Positions 47,160-60,200 of a stretch of DNA of 64,000 bases are shown here, piece after piece (positions within the stretch are counted from its first letter, which is position 1; each line of letters starts with the position of its first letter). Source of the DNA: Leucoraja ocellata. Taxonomy: Eukaryota. The stretch lies in assembly GCA_036785375.1 (NCBI GenBank), contig JAWMAR010000245.1, positions 1,488,001 to 1,552,000 on the forward strand, in the 5' to 3' direction. The position numbers and the translations under genes are program-made. The notes beneath the pieces were generated by a model, which worked only from the letters and a program-made list of their open reading frames with translations, had not been told where the DNA came from and did not search any database.

Positions 47160-47441
47160 TTTAAATTCCGGAGTTCAAACACAACAGCTTTCCTTTATAC
47201 TTGCCCGGGAAGAATCCAGAAAATCTTCAGTTTCAACTTTTCAAACATGTGAGGACAACATCAGGAAAGGAATGGGTTAACCTGGAATTTCACAGAGAAC
47301 ACAGGCTGTCCTACACGTCTATGTTCGAATCCCTGTGTCAAAAATGAAATAGAAAGGTTACTAGGAAAACATTCTAACTGACTTACACTAAAGAATTTAA
47401 AATCTCATATTCAGAAATAACAAACAATGTTTCAACATGTT

Positions 47442-47688
47442 GTTTAAGAAGGAACTGCAGATGCTGGAGAATCGAAGGTTACACAAAAAAGCTGGAGAAA
47501 CTCAGCGGGTGCAGCAGCATCTATGGGGCGAAGGAAATAGGCAACGTTTCGGGCCGAAACTCTGAAGGAAATAGGCAAGGTTTCGGGCCGAACCCCGAAA
47601 GGGGTTCGGCCCGAAACGTTGCCTATTTCCTTCGCTCCATAGATGCTGCTGCACCCGCTGAGTTTCTCCAGCTTTTTTGTGTAACCTC
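47442..47688. mobile_element. Penelope-terminus fold-back mini-element with about 17-bp TSD
   Basis: CAATGTTT(C/T)AACATGTT at 47425-47441 and 47689-47705; inverted arms. Confidence 0.8.
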
Positions 47689-47910
47689 CAATGTTTTAAC
47701 ATGTTTGTTCAACTAACTTTTTTAAACACATATATGGATTGTAATGATATTATATAATTGATTCCAAATTAATTATAGTGTACAGGGTGATCATCGAACG
47801 ACACGGATGCGGTAGGCCCAAGCCTCTGTTTCCGCATCGAAGTCTATAGATCTAGGAATATTTCTCTAGTCTATAGAACTCGGAATATTTAACTAGGACA
47901 AATGGATATT

Positions 47911-48478
47911 ATAGAAACATAGAAAATAGGTGCAGGAGTAGGTCATTCGGGCCCTTCGAGCCAGCACCGCCATTCAATATGATCATGGCTGATCATCCAA
48001 CTCAGTATCCTGTACCTGCCTTCTCTCCATACCCCCTGATCCCTTTAGCCACAAGGGCCACATCTAACTCCCTCTTAAATATAGCCAATAAACTGGCCTC
48101 AACTACCTTCTGTGGCAGAGAATTCCACAGATTCACCACTCTCTGTGTGAAAAAAAAAATCTTATCTCGGTCCTAAAAGACTTCCCCCTTATCCTTAAAC
48201 TGTGACCTCTTGTTCTGGACTTCCCCAACATCTGGAATAATCTTCCTGCATCTAGCCTGTCCAACCCCTTAAGAATTTTGTACGTTTCTATAAGATCCCC
48301 CCTCAAGCTTCTAAATTCTGACGAGTACAAGCCAAGTCTATCCAGTCTTTCTTCATATGAAAGTCCTGCCATCCCAGGAATCAGTCTGGTGAACCTTCTC
48401 TGTACTCCCTCTATGGCAAGAATGTCTTTCCTCAGATTTGGAGACCAAAACTATACGCAATACTCCAGGTGTGGTCTC
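47911..48478 (-). mobile_element. CR1 LINE 3' end
   Basis: Same family sequence and tail as 31901-32380. Confidence 0.9.
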
Positions 48479-49959
48479 CAGTTCAATTTAACCCAACTCT
48501 CCCCTTCCCCACAGCCTATGGGACAAGATGGGGTTAAAATTACACCAAAGTTTTTAATGGATGGACCAATACTATTATTTTACGGAGCATATCACTATCA
48601 GGTCGATAATATTCCTCGCTAACAACACTGTCTTCAAGTTGCTTTTAGTCAACACTTTACTCCTGTAATTTTTAAATAAAGATGCAGCACGGAAATAATC
48701 CCTTTGGCCCATCAGGTCCATGCTGACCATCATTCACCCATTCACAATAGACATTAGGTGCAGGAGTAGGCCATTCGGCCATTCAATATGATCATGGCTG
48801 ATCATCCCCAATCAGTACTCCGTTCCTGCCTTCTCCCCCCCCCCCCCCCCCGGACACTTATTATTTTTTTTATTCAAACCGTTTGCTATGTCGCTCATCA
48901 AGGGAGATGCTAAATGCATTTCGTTGTCTCTGTACTGTACACTGACAATGACAATTAAAATTGAATCTGAATCTGAATCTGAATCTCCCCATATCCCCTG
49001 ACTCCGCTATCTTTAAGAGCCCTATCTAGTTCTCTCTTGAAAGTATCCAGAGAACCGGCCTCCACCGCCCTCTGAGGCAGAGAATTCCACAGGCTCACAA
49101 CTCTCTGTGTGAAAAAGTGTTTCCTCGTCTCCGTTCTAAATGGCTTACTCCTTATTCTTAATTTGTGGCCCCTGGTTCTGGACTCCCCCAACAGTTCTAT
49201 GTAATCCCACTTTCTTATCCACTCCCTGCACTCCATGGGCAATTTTACCGAGGCCAATTGCACTGCAAACTCGCATGTCTTTGGGATGTGTCACTTTACT
49301 TTCATGTTTCATGTACCTTGTGTTTTATGACTGTTTGCAGATCAATTTCCCTTCTGGGATAATTAAAGTTCTATCGTATCGTATCGAAACCGGATCTCCC
49401 AGAGGAAAACCAGGGCGAACGTGCAAACTCCACACAGACAGCACCCGAGGTCAGGATCGAACCTGGGTGTCTGGTGCTGAGAGGCAGCAGCTCTACCAGC
49501 TGCATCACTGATTCAATGGTCTCCAGTCAGGTGGGCCTTCAAGAATTATACGAGAGGCAACATATTCTCTAAGTTAAAACGGAAGAGGTGGCAGAATGGT
49601 GTATTTGTTTCCACACTAACCTGCTCAAACCCGTTGGAAACTGAGCTTGTACATCAAGACATCAGTCACTGGGAGATCAAAGCGAAATCTGCCACTGTCA
49701 ATTTTGAGCAGATTTGTATTTGTTCTACCCTTAATCACCTCAAATTAGTGCATGCATTTTTATTTTTACAAACGCCATACGTAGAAATGTCAGCAAAGCA
49801 ATACACTACTTTAACCAGTGATCTTTCCTGAAGTGAGTTACTCATTAAATTGCTGGCGTGTTACAGTCGCAAATACTACTGACAGATTGGAGATGTATCT
49901 CATCGTAATGCATTAACGGGAAGTAAATAGTAACAGGTAAGGATGATTATAATGCGTAA

Positions 49960-50574
49960 GTGTTTAAGAAGGAACTGCAGATGCTGGAAAATCGAAGGTA
50001 GACAAAAATGCTGGAGAAACTCAGCGGGTGCAGCAGCATCTATGGAGCGAAGGAACTAGGCAACGTTTTCGGGCCGAAACCCTGAAGGAAATAGGCAACG
50101 TTTCGGGCCGAAAACCCTGAAGGAAATAGGCAACGTTTCGGGCCGAAACCCTGAAGGAAATACAAGATACAAGATACAAGATACAAGATACATTTAATTG
50201 TCATTATAGGCAACGTTTCGGGCCGAAACCCGGAAGGAACTAGGCAACGTTTCAGGCCGAAACCCTGAAGGAAATAGGCAACATTTTGGCTTGAAACCCT
50301 GAAGGAAATAGGCAACGTTCCCAGAGGTTCCCAATCACGGGTGCTGTCTGTGTGGAGTTTGCACATTCTCCCTGTGACTGCATTCGCCCGTTCTATGCAT
50401 CTAGGCATCTATGGAGCGAAGGAAATAGGCAACGTTTCGGGTCGAAACCCTTCCGGGTTTCGCCCCGAAACCTTGCCTATTTCCTTCAGGGTTTCGGCCC
50501 GAAACGTTGCTTATTTCCTTCGCTCCATAGATGCTGCTGCACCCGCTGAGTTTCTCCAGCATTTTTGTGTACCT
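49960..50574. mobile_element. Compound Penelope-terminus fold-back element with many 34-bp units and captured SINE/LINE-tail fragments
   Basis: ATGATTATAATGC at 49943-49955 and 50575-50587; internal (AAGATAC)n and a V-SINE fragment. Confidence 0.75.
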
Positions 50575-53339
50575 ATGATTATAATGCTTACTGAACAGAC
50601 TGAAATAAATGGTTAAAAAACACATCAAGGCAAACATTGAACCAAAATTAAAAGTTGTTCTCCATACATAACTCAAGAGAGATATATCAATATTATACAG
50701 TATTATTTTTGCATGTTTAAAAAAAAAAAAAAATGAGTATGTTCGGAAAACTAAATAACATCAAAGGCACCTGGGGAATTGTAGGCACAGAGACCCAAAG
50801 AGGGAAGATTGAAAGATGCATGGATTTGGGCTTTTTTGTTTTGCAGTAATTGTTTTTTAAATTTATGTAATTTTTAAAAACATTTTATCATATTATCTAT
50901 TCAATGCTGTGTTCACAGACCTGTTATGCTGCTGCAAGCACGAATGTTGTTGTTCTGTTTTGGTGTCTATGACAATTAAACACTCTTGATTTCAAAACAG
51001 AAAACTATTAAGAAGAGAGTAAGGAGAGAGAATGATTAGCGGAACGCACAATAAAGAACACAGGTGAAAAAGGCAAGAGACAAAATGTTTGAATTAGGTG
51101 AAAGGATGAAGCACATTTTGAAAAGGAATCGGTACATAGGGAAAGAAATGCCCTTTGACAAGGAAGCACAGCTCTAATTGTTTTCCTCGATTTCTGTGAA
51201 ATTTTGTGCACAATATTTCTTACCTATTTGACTGTAAGATTTGCTCAACATTTTTACAGTGTAACGCAGTCTTTCAAGGTGGCTGCCTCTTTAAGGAAGC
51301 AGAGATCACAAGCTTCTGTGGTCTCCTCAGACTTGGAATGTCTTCAAAATGTTTTCCGGGAGTATAAGTCAAGTCCTTTCCTTCTGGCTTCTGTCAAGAA
51401 AGACTTTGCTGAACTGAAGCAGCCAGTTGGTTTTTTTTTGCCTTTCAGCATTGTTTTGGACGTGCCTTTTCGGATTGGATAATTTCTCTCACATCAAAGA
51501 GCTGCCTGGATTCCACACGGACCTCCCTCCTTTTATGCAGACACATGCAATTGTTTGAATGGTGATGATTGAAATAACTTCAATACATCAAAGATCAGTC
51601 ATCAAATTACAGTCAGATATGGGGCGGCCTTGCTGCTAGTGCTGTTGCCTCACAGTTCCAGGGTCCCCGGTTCGATCCTGATCTCCGGTGCTGTCTGTGT
51701 GTAATCTCCATATGGGTTTCTGTCAGTAAAGCAGCTACTCTAAATGGCTACTCTAATTCATCTCTGCATGCAGAACGCAGTTTATAAGCAGGTGATGTTT
51801 TGGGTCGGGATCCAGGTTCAGACTGATTCAGTTTATCACCAGTACCGACCTCCCCACCAGGGGATCTACAGGAGGCGCTGCCTCTAAAAGGCGGCCAGCA
51901 TCATCAAGGACCTACACCACCCTGGCCATGCTCTCATTTCACTCCTGCCACCGGGAATAAGGTACAGGAGCCTGAAAACCATGACCACCAGGTTCAAGAA
52001 CAGCCTCTTCCCAACAACCATTAGGCTCTTGAACACTACACAACACTAACCCTAGCAACTATGATCTTATATAGACTGTCCTTATTTTTATTTCACACCT
52101 ATTGTGGTTATTAATTAATTGATCTTGTGTTTATTGCATATTATTTAGACAATCAGACTTTAGTCTGAAGAAGGATCTAAAGGATCTTTAGTCTGAAGAA
52201 ACACCTGAAAAAGGTGTTTTTTTCCCCACACAGAGTGGTGAATCTGTGGAATTCTCTGCCACAGAATGTAGTTGAGGCCAGTTCATTGGCTATATTTTAA
52301 AGGGAGTTAGATGAGGCCCTTGTGGCTAAAGGGATCAGGGGGTATGGAGAGAAGGCAGGTACAGGATACTGAGTTGGATGATCAGCCATGATCATATTGA
52401 ATGGCGGTGCAGGCTCGAAGGTCCGAATGGCCTACTCCTGCACCTATTTTCTATGTTTCTTTGTTTCTATGATCCTGACCCGAAATGTCACCAAATGTGA
52501 CAAATAAAATTGACTTTGACTCCATGTTCTCCAGAGGGCTGAATGACCCGATGATTTATGTAATTTTATTTTATAATCCAGCATCTGCAGTTCTTTGTGT
52601 CTACATATTATCTGTGTACAAGAAGAAACTGCAGATGCTGGTTTACACCCTAGATAGACACAAATTGCTGGAGCAACTCAGCGGGTCAGGCAGCATATCT
52701 GGAGAGAAGGAATAGGTGATGTTTTTGTGTGTGTATTTTGTTTACAGGCCTGTTATGTCGCTGCAAGAAGGAATGTCATTGTTCCATTGTCGGTGCAGAT
52801 GACAATTAAACAGTCTTGACCCTAATGATAGACAGAAAATGCTGGTGTAACTCAGCGGGGCAGGCACCATCCATGCATAGAAGGAATGGGTGATGTTTCG
52901 GGTTGAGACCCTTCTTCAGACTGAGAGTCAGGGGAGAGGGAGCCACAGAGATATGGGAGGGTCAGGCGTGGAAACGAGAGATCAAAGCCAGGGTAGCAGC
53001 TGCAGAGAGCAGAAACATATCTGGTCAGTTCTCTATCGGATCGGATGGAAGGTCATCAACTTCTCTTTTATCCTGACTGGACGACCTCAATATGTCAGGC
53101 TACAGAACTGTGACTGGGACATGGTGGTGAGCAACACAGGGGCCCCACAGGACAGACAGACTGCTGGTGAGGCAGCCGGCTGAGTGTTTGTAGCAATGTG
53201 ATTTATAATTTCAGGTGATCATCCAGCAACACTTTCAATAGACAATAGCAGGAGTAGGCCATTTGGCCCTTCGAGCCATTCAATGTGATCATGGCTGATC
53301 ATCCCCAATCAGTACCCCGTTCCTGCCTTCTCCTCATAT

Positions 53340-53830
53340 AGAAACATAGAAATTAGGTGCAGGAGTAGGCCATTCGGCCCTTCGAGCCTGCACCGCCATT
53401 CAATATGATCATGGCTGATCATCCAACTCAGTATCCTGTACCTGCCTTCTCTCCATACCCCCTGATCCCCTTAGCCACAAGGGCCACATCTAACTCCCTC
53501 TTAAATATAGCCAATGAACTGGCCTCAACTACCCTCTGTGGCAGAGAGTTCCAGAGATTCACCACTCTCTGTGAAAAAAGTTCTTCTCATCTCGGTTTTA
53601 AAGGATTTCCCCTCTATCCTTAAGCTGTGACCCCTTGTCCTGGACTTCCCTAACATCGGGAACAATCTTCCTGCATCTAGCCTGTCCAACCCCTTAAGAA
53701 TTTTGTAAGTTTCTATAAGATCCCCTCTCAATCTCCTAAATTCTAGAGAGTATAAACCAAGTCTATCCAGTCTTTCTTCATAAGACAGTCCTGACATCCC
53801 AGGAATCAGTCTGGTGAACCTTCTCTGCAC
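53340..53830 (-). mobile_element. CR1 LINE 3' end nested in another CR1 tail
   Basis: ORF 53525-53830 [24 protein letters not shown]. Confidence 0.9.
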
Positions 53831-53989
53831 TATCCCCTGACTCCGCTATCTTTAAGAGCCCTATCTACAATTCCACAGACTCACCACCACTCACTTCTCA
53901 CTTTCCCACCCACCCTGAGCCTGTCTCTCTGTCTCTCTGTCCAGCCCTGGGTCAGAGCCAAAGACCTTTGGTCAGAACATGGCTCTGTC

Positions 53990-54411
53990 ATGCCTGGGAG
54001 CGGCCAGCGGGGGCGCTGGCTGAGAGGAGGGGGGAAGGGGAGGAGGAACGGGGGCGAGCGGCGCATGCGCGCGTTGGAGCGGCGGCGGGAGCGAGCGTGT
54101 GGTGGCGCATGCGCGCGGCGGTGGCGGGAGCGAGCGTTGGAGCGGGCGGCGGTGTCGGGAGCGAGCGGCGGTGTCGGGAGCGAGCGGCGCGCGGCTGGCC
54201 GGCAGGCAGGCAGGTCAGTGAGCAACACACGGGAGACAACAAAGGAGCGGGGGCCGCGCCGCCCGGCGACACAGGGCCCAGCCCCCCCTCCCCGCCTTCC
54301 CTCTCCTCCCCGGGCCCCTCGACACGGGCCGGGCCGGGGTTACCGGTCGCCGCTGCTGCCGCTGCCCGGGCCCATCTGACAGCAGCTCCAGTGCAGCGGG
54401 TCTAACCTACA
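53990..54411 (+). promoter_or_regulatory. CpG island: PRDM4 promoter / non-coding first exon, with two NRF1 motifs
   Basis: Very GC- and CpG-rich; GCGCATGCGC palindromes at 54061-54070 and 54105-54114; lies about 2.7 kb upstream of the first PRDM4 coding exon found. Confidence 0.75.
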
Positions 54412-54745
54412 NNNNNNNNNNNNNNNNNNNNNNNNNNNNNNNNNNNNNNNNNNNNNNNNNNNNNNNNNNNNNNNNNNNNNNNNNNNNNNNNNNNNNNNNN
54501 NNNNNNNNNNNNNNNNNNNNNNNNNNNNNNNNNNNNNNNNNNNNNNNNNNNNNNNNNNNNNNNNNNNNNNNNNNNNNNNNNNNNNNNNNNNNNNNNNNNN
54601 NNNNNNNNNNNNNNNNNNNNNNNNNNNNNNNNNNNNNNNNNNNNNNNNNNNNNNNNNNNNNNNNNNNNNNNNNNNNNNNNNNNNNNNNNNNNNNNNNNNN
54701 NNNNNNNNNNNNNNNNNNNNNNNNNNNNNNNNNNNNNNNNNNNNN
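54412..54745. other. Assembly gap (334 N)
   Basis: Run of N between the CpG island and a minisatellite. Confidence 1.
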
Positions 54746-55290
54746 TGTGCAATGCTGTGTTCACACCCACTCACACCTTGGTCTGTATTGCCCTGGCCGT
54801 GTCTGCACTGACTCTGTGCAGGGACTGTGTTTATACCCTGTCACACCATGAGGTGCGTGGTACTGACCTACAGTGACTCTGTGCTATACTGTGTTTACGC
54901 CCTCTCACACCTTGGGGTGTATTGCACACTGACTTGATGCACTGACTGTGCCAGGAGTGTGTTTACACCCACGCTCAGCACGGGCTGCACTGCCCTGACC
55001 CTGTGCAATGCTGTGTCCACACCCTCTCATACCTTGGTCTGTGTGGTACCGACTTGCAGTGACTCTGTGCAAGGACAATGTTTAGGGCCGAATGGCCTAT
55101 TCCTGCAGCTATTGTCTATTGTCACCCACTCTCACCATGGGATGTATTGCCCTGTCTGTCTGCAGTGACTCTGCAGGGACTGGGTTTACACCCTCTCACA
55201 CTATGAGATGTATTGCACTAACTTGGGGCAACTCTGCAAGGTCTGTGTTTACGCTGACTGCAAGGTGCGTTCACATTGACTCCACACAAA
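54746..55290. repeat. Degenerate minisatellite of about 55-69-bp units
   Basis: Recurrent TGTGCA...CTGTGTTTACACCCTCTCACACC(A/T)TG...GCAGTGACTC units adjoining the assembly gap. Confidence 0.75.
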
Positions 55291-57089
55291 CCCTGCAGAG
55301 CCTTTCTGTGCCCAACCCAGGAGGGGCCGCGCCTACACTTCCAGTTCCTCCGGCACTTTGTGTTTTGCATCCTAAAGACATGCCTGTAAATTGCCCCGAG
55401 TGTGTAGGGAATGGATGGGAAAGTGGGATAACATAGAACGAGTGTGAACGGGTGATCTGTTTAAGAAAGAACTGCAGATGGTGGTAGAACAGACTTTCCA
55501 GGTGAGGCAGAGGTTCACTTGCACCTTGTTTTTACTCTGCCTTGCAATGAATCAGCACAGTTGTGCACTCGATAGTGCACTGGACAATGCCCTGTACATT
55601 AACATCTCCCCAAGTGGTGACTTCACCCTGATACTCTACTTGTTTTCTGCAGTGGGATCAAATGGATGCTTCAAGCGTGAAAATCTTTTGGGATAGAGTA
55701 AAAAAGGAGATTCATTCAGGTATATTCAATTTTTATCTTGGCATCACCTTATCTTGAAACCAACTTGTTTTCTCCATGTGCGGTACCTTCACAGAGGTGT
55801 GTAAAATCATGAGGGGTTCAGACAGGAAGAATGCAAAAGTCTTTTACCCTGAGTGAGGTAATCAAGAACCAGAGAGCATAGGTTTAAGGTGAGAGGAGAA
55901 AGATTTAATAGGAATCTGAGAGGCAACTTTTTCACCCAGAAGGGGGCGGGTGTATGGATCGAGCTGCCAGAGGAGTTAGTTAAGGCAGGTGCAATAACAG
56001 CATTTAAAAACAACACATTGATAGGAAGGTTTAGAGGGACATGGGGCAAATGCAGGCAACTGGGACGAGCTTGGATGGGCATCTAAGTCAGCATGGATGA
56101 GTTGGGCCAAAGGTTTCTGTGCCCTATGTCTCCCTGACCCGCTGATTTTTCTAGTTGATATTTCTGTTGATAACACGTTAAGAAGGTGAATTTGGAAAGA
56201 GCAGTGCACTAAAAGAAAGGAAAGTTATTTGGGATTTGGACATAGAACAGTTTTGACACTGGTTTCTATTTTATGCGTGGACGTTAAGAAGCACAGATTT
56301 AGGATCAATATAATTCAGAAAAAGTTTGTATTTTCTCGATTTGAGTATTCAGCAAATGGATGGACAGATACACGGGGAAGGATCATAAACCTGCTTCACG
56401 GTGAGGTGAGCTGATGTGCGCTGAGGTGAGTTGAGGTGAGCTGAGGTGAGCTGTGATGTGGACGAGGAGGCAGTACAAAAAGTACATCTGGAAACTCTCC
56501 TTACAGATGTTGGATTCATCTAATTTGCTTAATAGATAGGAAAAACAATGACAAAACAACTTTGCTAGTTTTATCTATACATTACTTCTGCAGATTTTTT
56601 TGAAAAGGGACAGTCAGTGAAGGATTATAGAAACAAAGAACTGCAGATGCTGGTTTATACCAAAGATAGAAACAAAGTGCTGGAGTAACTCAGCGGGTCA
56701 GGCAGCATCTCTGAGGGAGAAGGATGGAAAAAGGATCAGAAGAAGGGTCCCGACCCGAAACGTCACGCATGCTCTTTATGCAGAGACGCTGTCTGAGCTG
56801 CTGAGTTACTCCAGCACTTTGTGTTTCTCGTCAGTGAAGGAGGCACACAGTCTCCTTTGTGCTTACCATGCTGAGAACTATATTCTACACTCCATATCTT
56901 CCCCTTTGCGCTATCTATAGCACTCGAGTTTGACTTGTATGTGTAGTATTATTCGATCTGATCAGATATCATGCTTCATTTTGCATGCTATCCAGTCATA
57001 TAATGCTGTACATAATCGGTACATGTCATAATAATAACCTTCTGCCGTCACAGAATCCATGTACATTTTGATTTTTTTATTTTCCCAGC

Positions 57090-57219
57090 ATGAATGACAT
57101 CAACCTGAGTCAGGTGGGCATGGAGCAGCTGAGTGCTTCGTCCGTCAGTACTACCTTACCTGTGACAGCAACTCACCTGGGCATGAGCTCACCCACTCAC
57201 AACCCTCTCTCAGCTCCAG
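57090..57219 (+). CDS. PRDM4: PRDM4 first identified coding exon
   Basis: TTTCCCAG|CATG; [43 protein letters not shown]; donor GTAGGA. Confidence 0.9.
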
Positions 57220-60200
57220 GTAGGACACGCTGATCTAACCTGAGACCACTGACAGAGTCGTGGCGCAGCGGTAGAGTTGCTGCCTTACAGCGAATGCAGT
57301 GCCGGAGGCTGGGTTTGATCCCGACTACGAGTGCTGTCTGTACAGAGTTTGTACATTCTCCCAGTGACCTGCTTGGGTTTTCTCCGAGATCTTCGGTTTC
57401 CTCCCACACTCCAAAGGTTCATTGGCTTGGTAAATGTAAAAATTGTCCATAGTGTGTGTAGGGTAGTGTTAGTGTGCAGGGATTGCTGGCCTGCGTGGAC
57501 CCGGTGGGCCGAAGAGCCTGTTTCCACGCTGTTATCTCTAAACTAAACTAAACTAAAAGTAGACGTGGAGAGGATGTTTCCATTAGTGGGAGAATCTGGG
57601 ACTAGAGGGCTAGCTACAGACTAAAATTATGTTCCTTTGGAATGGGGATGAGGAGGAATTTCTTTAGCCAGAGGGTGGTGAATTTTTGGAATTCATTGTT
57701 ACGGACAGCGGTGGAGGCAAAATCATTGGGTATTTTTAAAGCGGAGATTGATAGGTTCTTGATTAGTAAAGGTGTCATAGGTTACGGGGAGAAGGCAGGA
57801 GAATGGGATTGAGAGGGAAAGTGAGATCAGCCATGATCGAATGGTGGAGTAGACTCGATGGGCCGACTGGCCTAGTTCTGCCCCTATGTCTTATAGTTAC
57901 TCCCCACTAGCTTATGGAAGGGCAGTTCAGGTGCCTGATAATAGAGGGGAAGAAGCTGTTCCTGAGTCTGTTGGTGCGTGCAATCAAGCATCTGTACCTT
58001 CTATGAGGGCAGCAGAGAGAGGGAGGAATGACCAGGGTGGGACAAGTCATTGATTATGTTGGCTGCTTTTGGAGGCAGCGTGGTGCAAATGGAGTCAATG
58101 GTGGGAAGGGCAATTTAGATCAGGACAATTTGAAGCCTCAGTGGAGTATATTACAAGGTTGGTGTATAGATTTGATCCTGAGCATCTAAGGAGATGAGAA
58201 TAAACTAGTTGGGACAAAAGGACTACATTCATTCATCCAGTTAGTTATTGAGTTGGAAAAATAACCATCAGGTGCCCCGCTGCTGCACAATGAAATTCCA
58301 GATAGATTAGGGAATGTGTATAATTGTTACAAATCGTCAGAGCCATTAGGTTTTTAGAAGAATCTCTGGGACAAGTGGGTTGGTTTATTACCTAAAATTG
58401 GAGAATTTACTGTTCACACAAACTGGAGAAACAGCAACTCATATTCTGCTTGTGCTTAGTTTAGCTTAGAGATTCAGCGTGGAAACAGGCCCTTCGGCCC
58501 ACCGGGTCCACACCAACCAGTGAACCCCCCACACTAACACTACCCTGCGCTCGGGACAATTTTTAAAAACATTTTAGACCAAGCCAATTAACCTACAAAC
58601 CCGCACGTCTTTGGAGTGTGGGAGGAAACCAAAGTTCTCGGGGAAAACCCACCTGGTCACGGGAAGAACGTACAAACTCTGTACAGACAAGCACCTGTAG
58701 CCAGGATGGAACCTGGGTCTCTGGCGCTGTAAGTGCTGTAAGGCAGCAACTCTACCGCTGCGCCTTCGTGCCGCCATGTTAAGTGCTTGATACATGTCGG
58801 TTTGTTTTCATCCGTTTCTCGTTGGTTTAATTGCAGGAATGCCCGTAGCGATCCCGAACCTGAGCCCTACCTTGGGCACTCTCCCCTCCGCCCTCTCGTT
58901 GATGCTTCCGATGAGCATCGGGGAACGTGGCGTCATGTGCAGCATTCCTGACCGCAATTACACGCTGCCCCCTCCTCCTTACCCACACCTGGACAACAGC
59001 TACTTCCGGCACATTTTGCCAGGTAAGCAATGACCTGACTGCAAACGGGAAACCTTCAGCATAAGATCTCTTCTACATTTGACATAGTTACAAAATGTTA
59101 TGCTTTGTTCCAGTGGCTAACACGCTGATCTCCCGGTGGCTCAGCACCAACTCCCCCTTCCCATTCCCAATCTGACCTTTCTGTCCTGGACCTCCTCCAT
59201 TGTTAATGTGAGGCCCAGCGCAAATTGGAGGAACAGCACCTCATATTTCGCTTGGGTAGTTTACACCCCAGCGGTATGAACATTGACTTCTCTAACTTCA
59301 GATAGCCCTTGCTTTCTCTTTCCACCCCTTCCAAGTTCTCCCACCAGCCTTGCTGCCTCTGCCTACATTCTATGTTTGTCTCGCGCCCTCCCCTGACATC
59401 AGTCTGAAGAAGGGTCTCGACCCGAAATGTCACCAATTCCTTCTCTCCAGAGATGCTGGCTCACCCGCTGAGTTACTCCAGCATTTTGTGTCTACCTTTG
59501 ATTTAAACCAGCATCTGCAGTACTTTCTGACACAACACAGTTCTCCTCATCTCTTTTATCCATCAGTCTGCTTTTTTTTTTATAGTTTCAAGTTCCTTGG
59601 TGTAAATATAGAATGTAGAACAGGCCCTTCAGCCCACAATGTTTTGTGCAGAACAAGATGTCGAGACCAACTCCATCTGCCTGTGCTTAACGCATATCCC
59701 TCCATTCCCCGCATATCCACGCGCCTATCTAAAAGTTTCATAAACGCCAGTATTGTATCTGCCTCCACCACCACCTCTGGAAACGTGCTCCAGGCACTCA
59801 ACCCCGTTGGGTTTAAAAAAAAAAGCTGTCCCTCAAATCTCCTTTAAACTGTGGCCCTCTCACCTTAAAGCTGTACACTCTGGTATTTGGGTTTTCCATC
59901 CAGGGAAAATTTATCAATAATTTATCCTGATCCAATCACATAATCAATACAGTAAGAAAGCCTCTTCTCCCTCAGAAGGCAAAGGAAATTGAGCACATCG
60001 CCAAACACCCTTACCCATTTGTACAGATACACCATAGAAAGCACACAATCCAGATGTATTACAGCTGAAGTTAATAAAGGCACAAGGAACTGCAGATGGA
60101 AGTCTATGGAACTGATGCACTACATTGCTGAGAACTATATTCTGCACGGTAGACACAAATGCTGGAGAAACTCAGCGGGTGAGGCAGCATCTATGGAGAG

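Noticed and set aside
46776-47252. 158-aa antisense ORF over ASCL4 (likewise antisense ORFs at 60808-61459)
   Set aside because: Shadow ORFs of GC-rich coding exons.
54340-54774. ORFs spanning the N run, and GC-rich ORFs at 53881-54405
   Set aside because: Artefacts of the assembly gap and of CpG-island composition.
55653-55719. Upstream coding micro-exon of PRDM4
   Set aside because: It has AG/GT-like ends, but its ATGs are out of frame with the 57089 exon; at most a UTR exon and unsupported.
57258-57330. tRNA gene
   Set aside because: The A/B boxes belong to the tRNA-derived head of a V-SINE; there is no complete cloverleaf.
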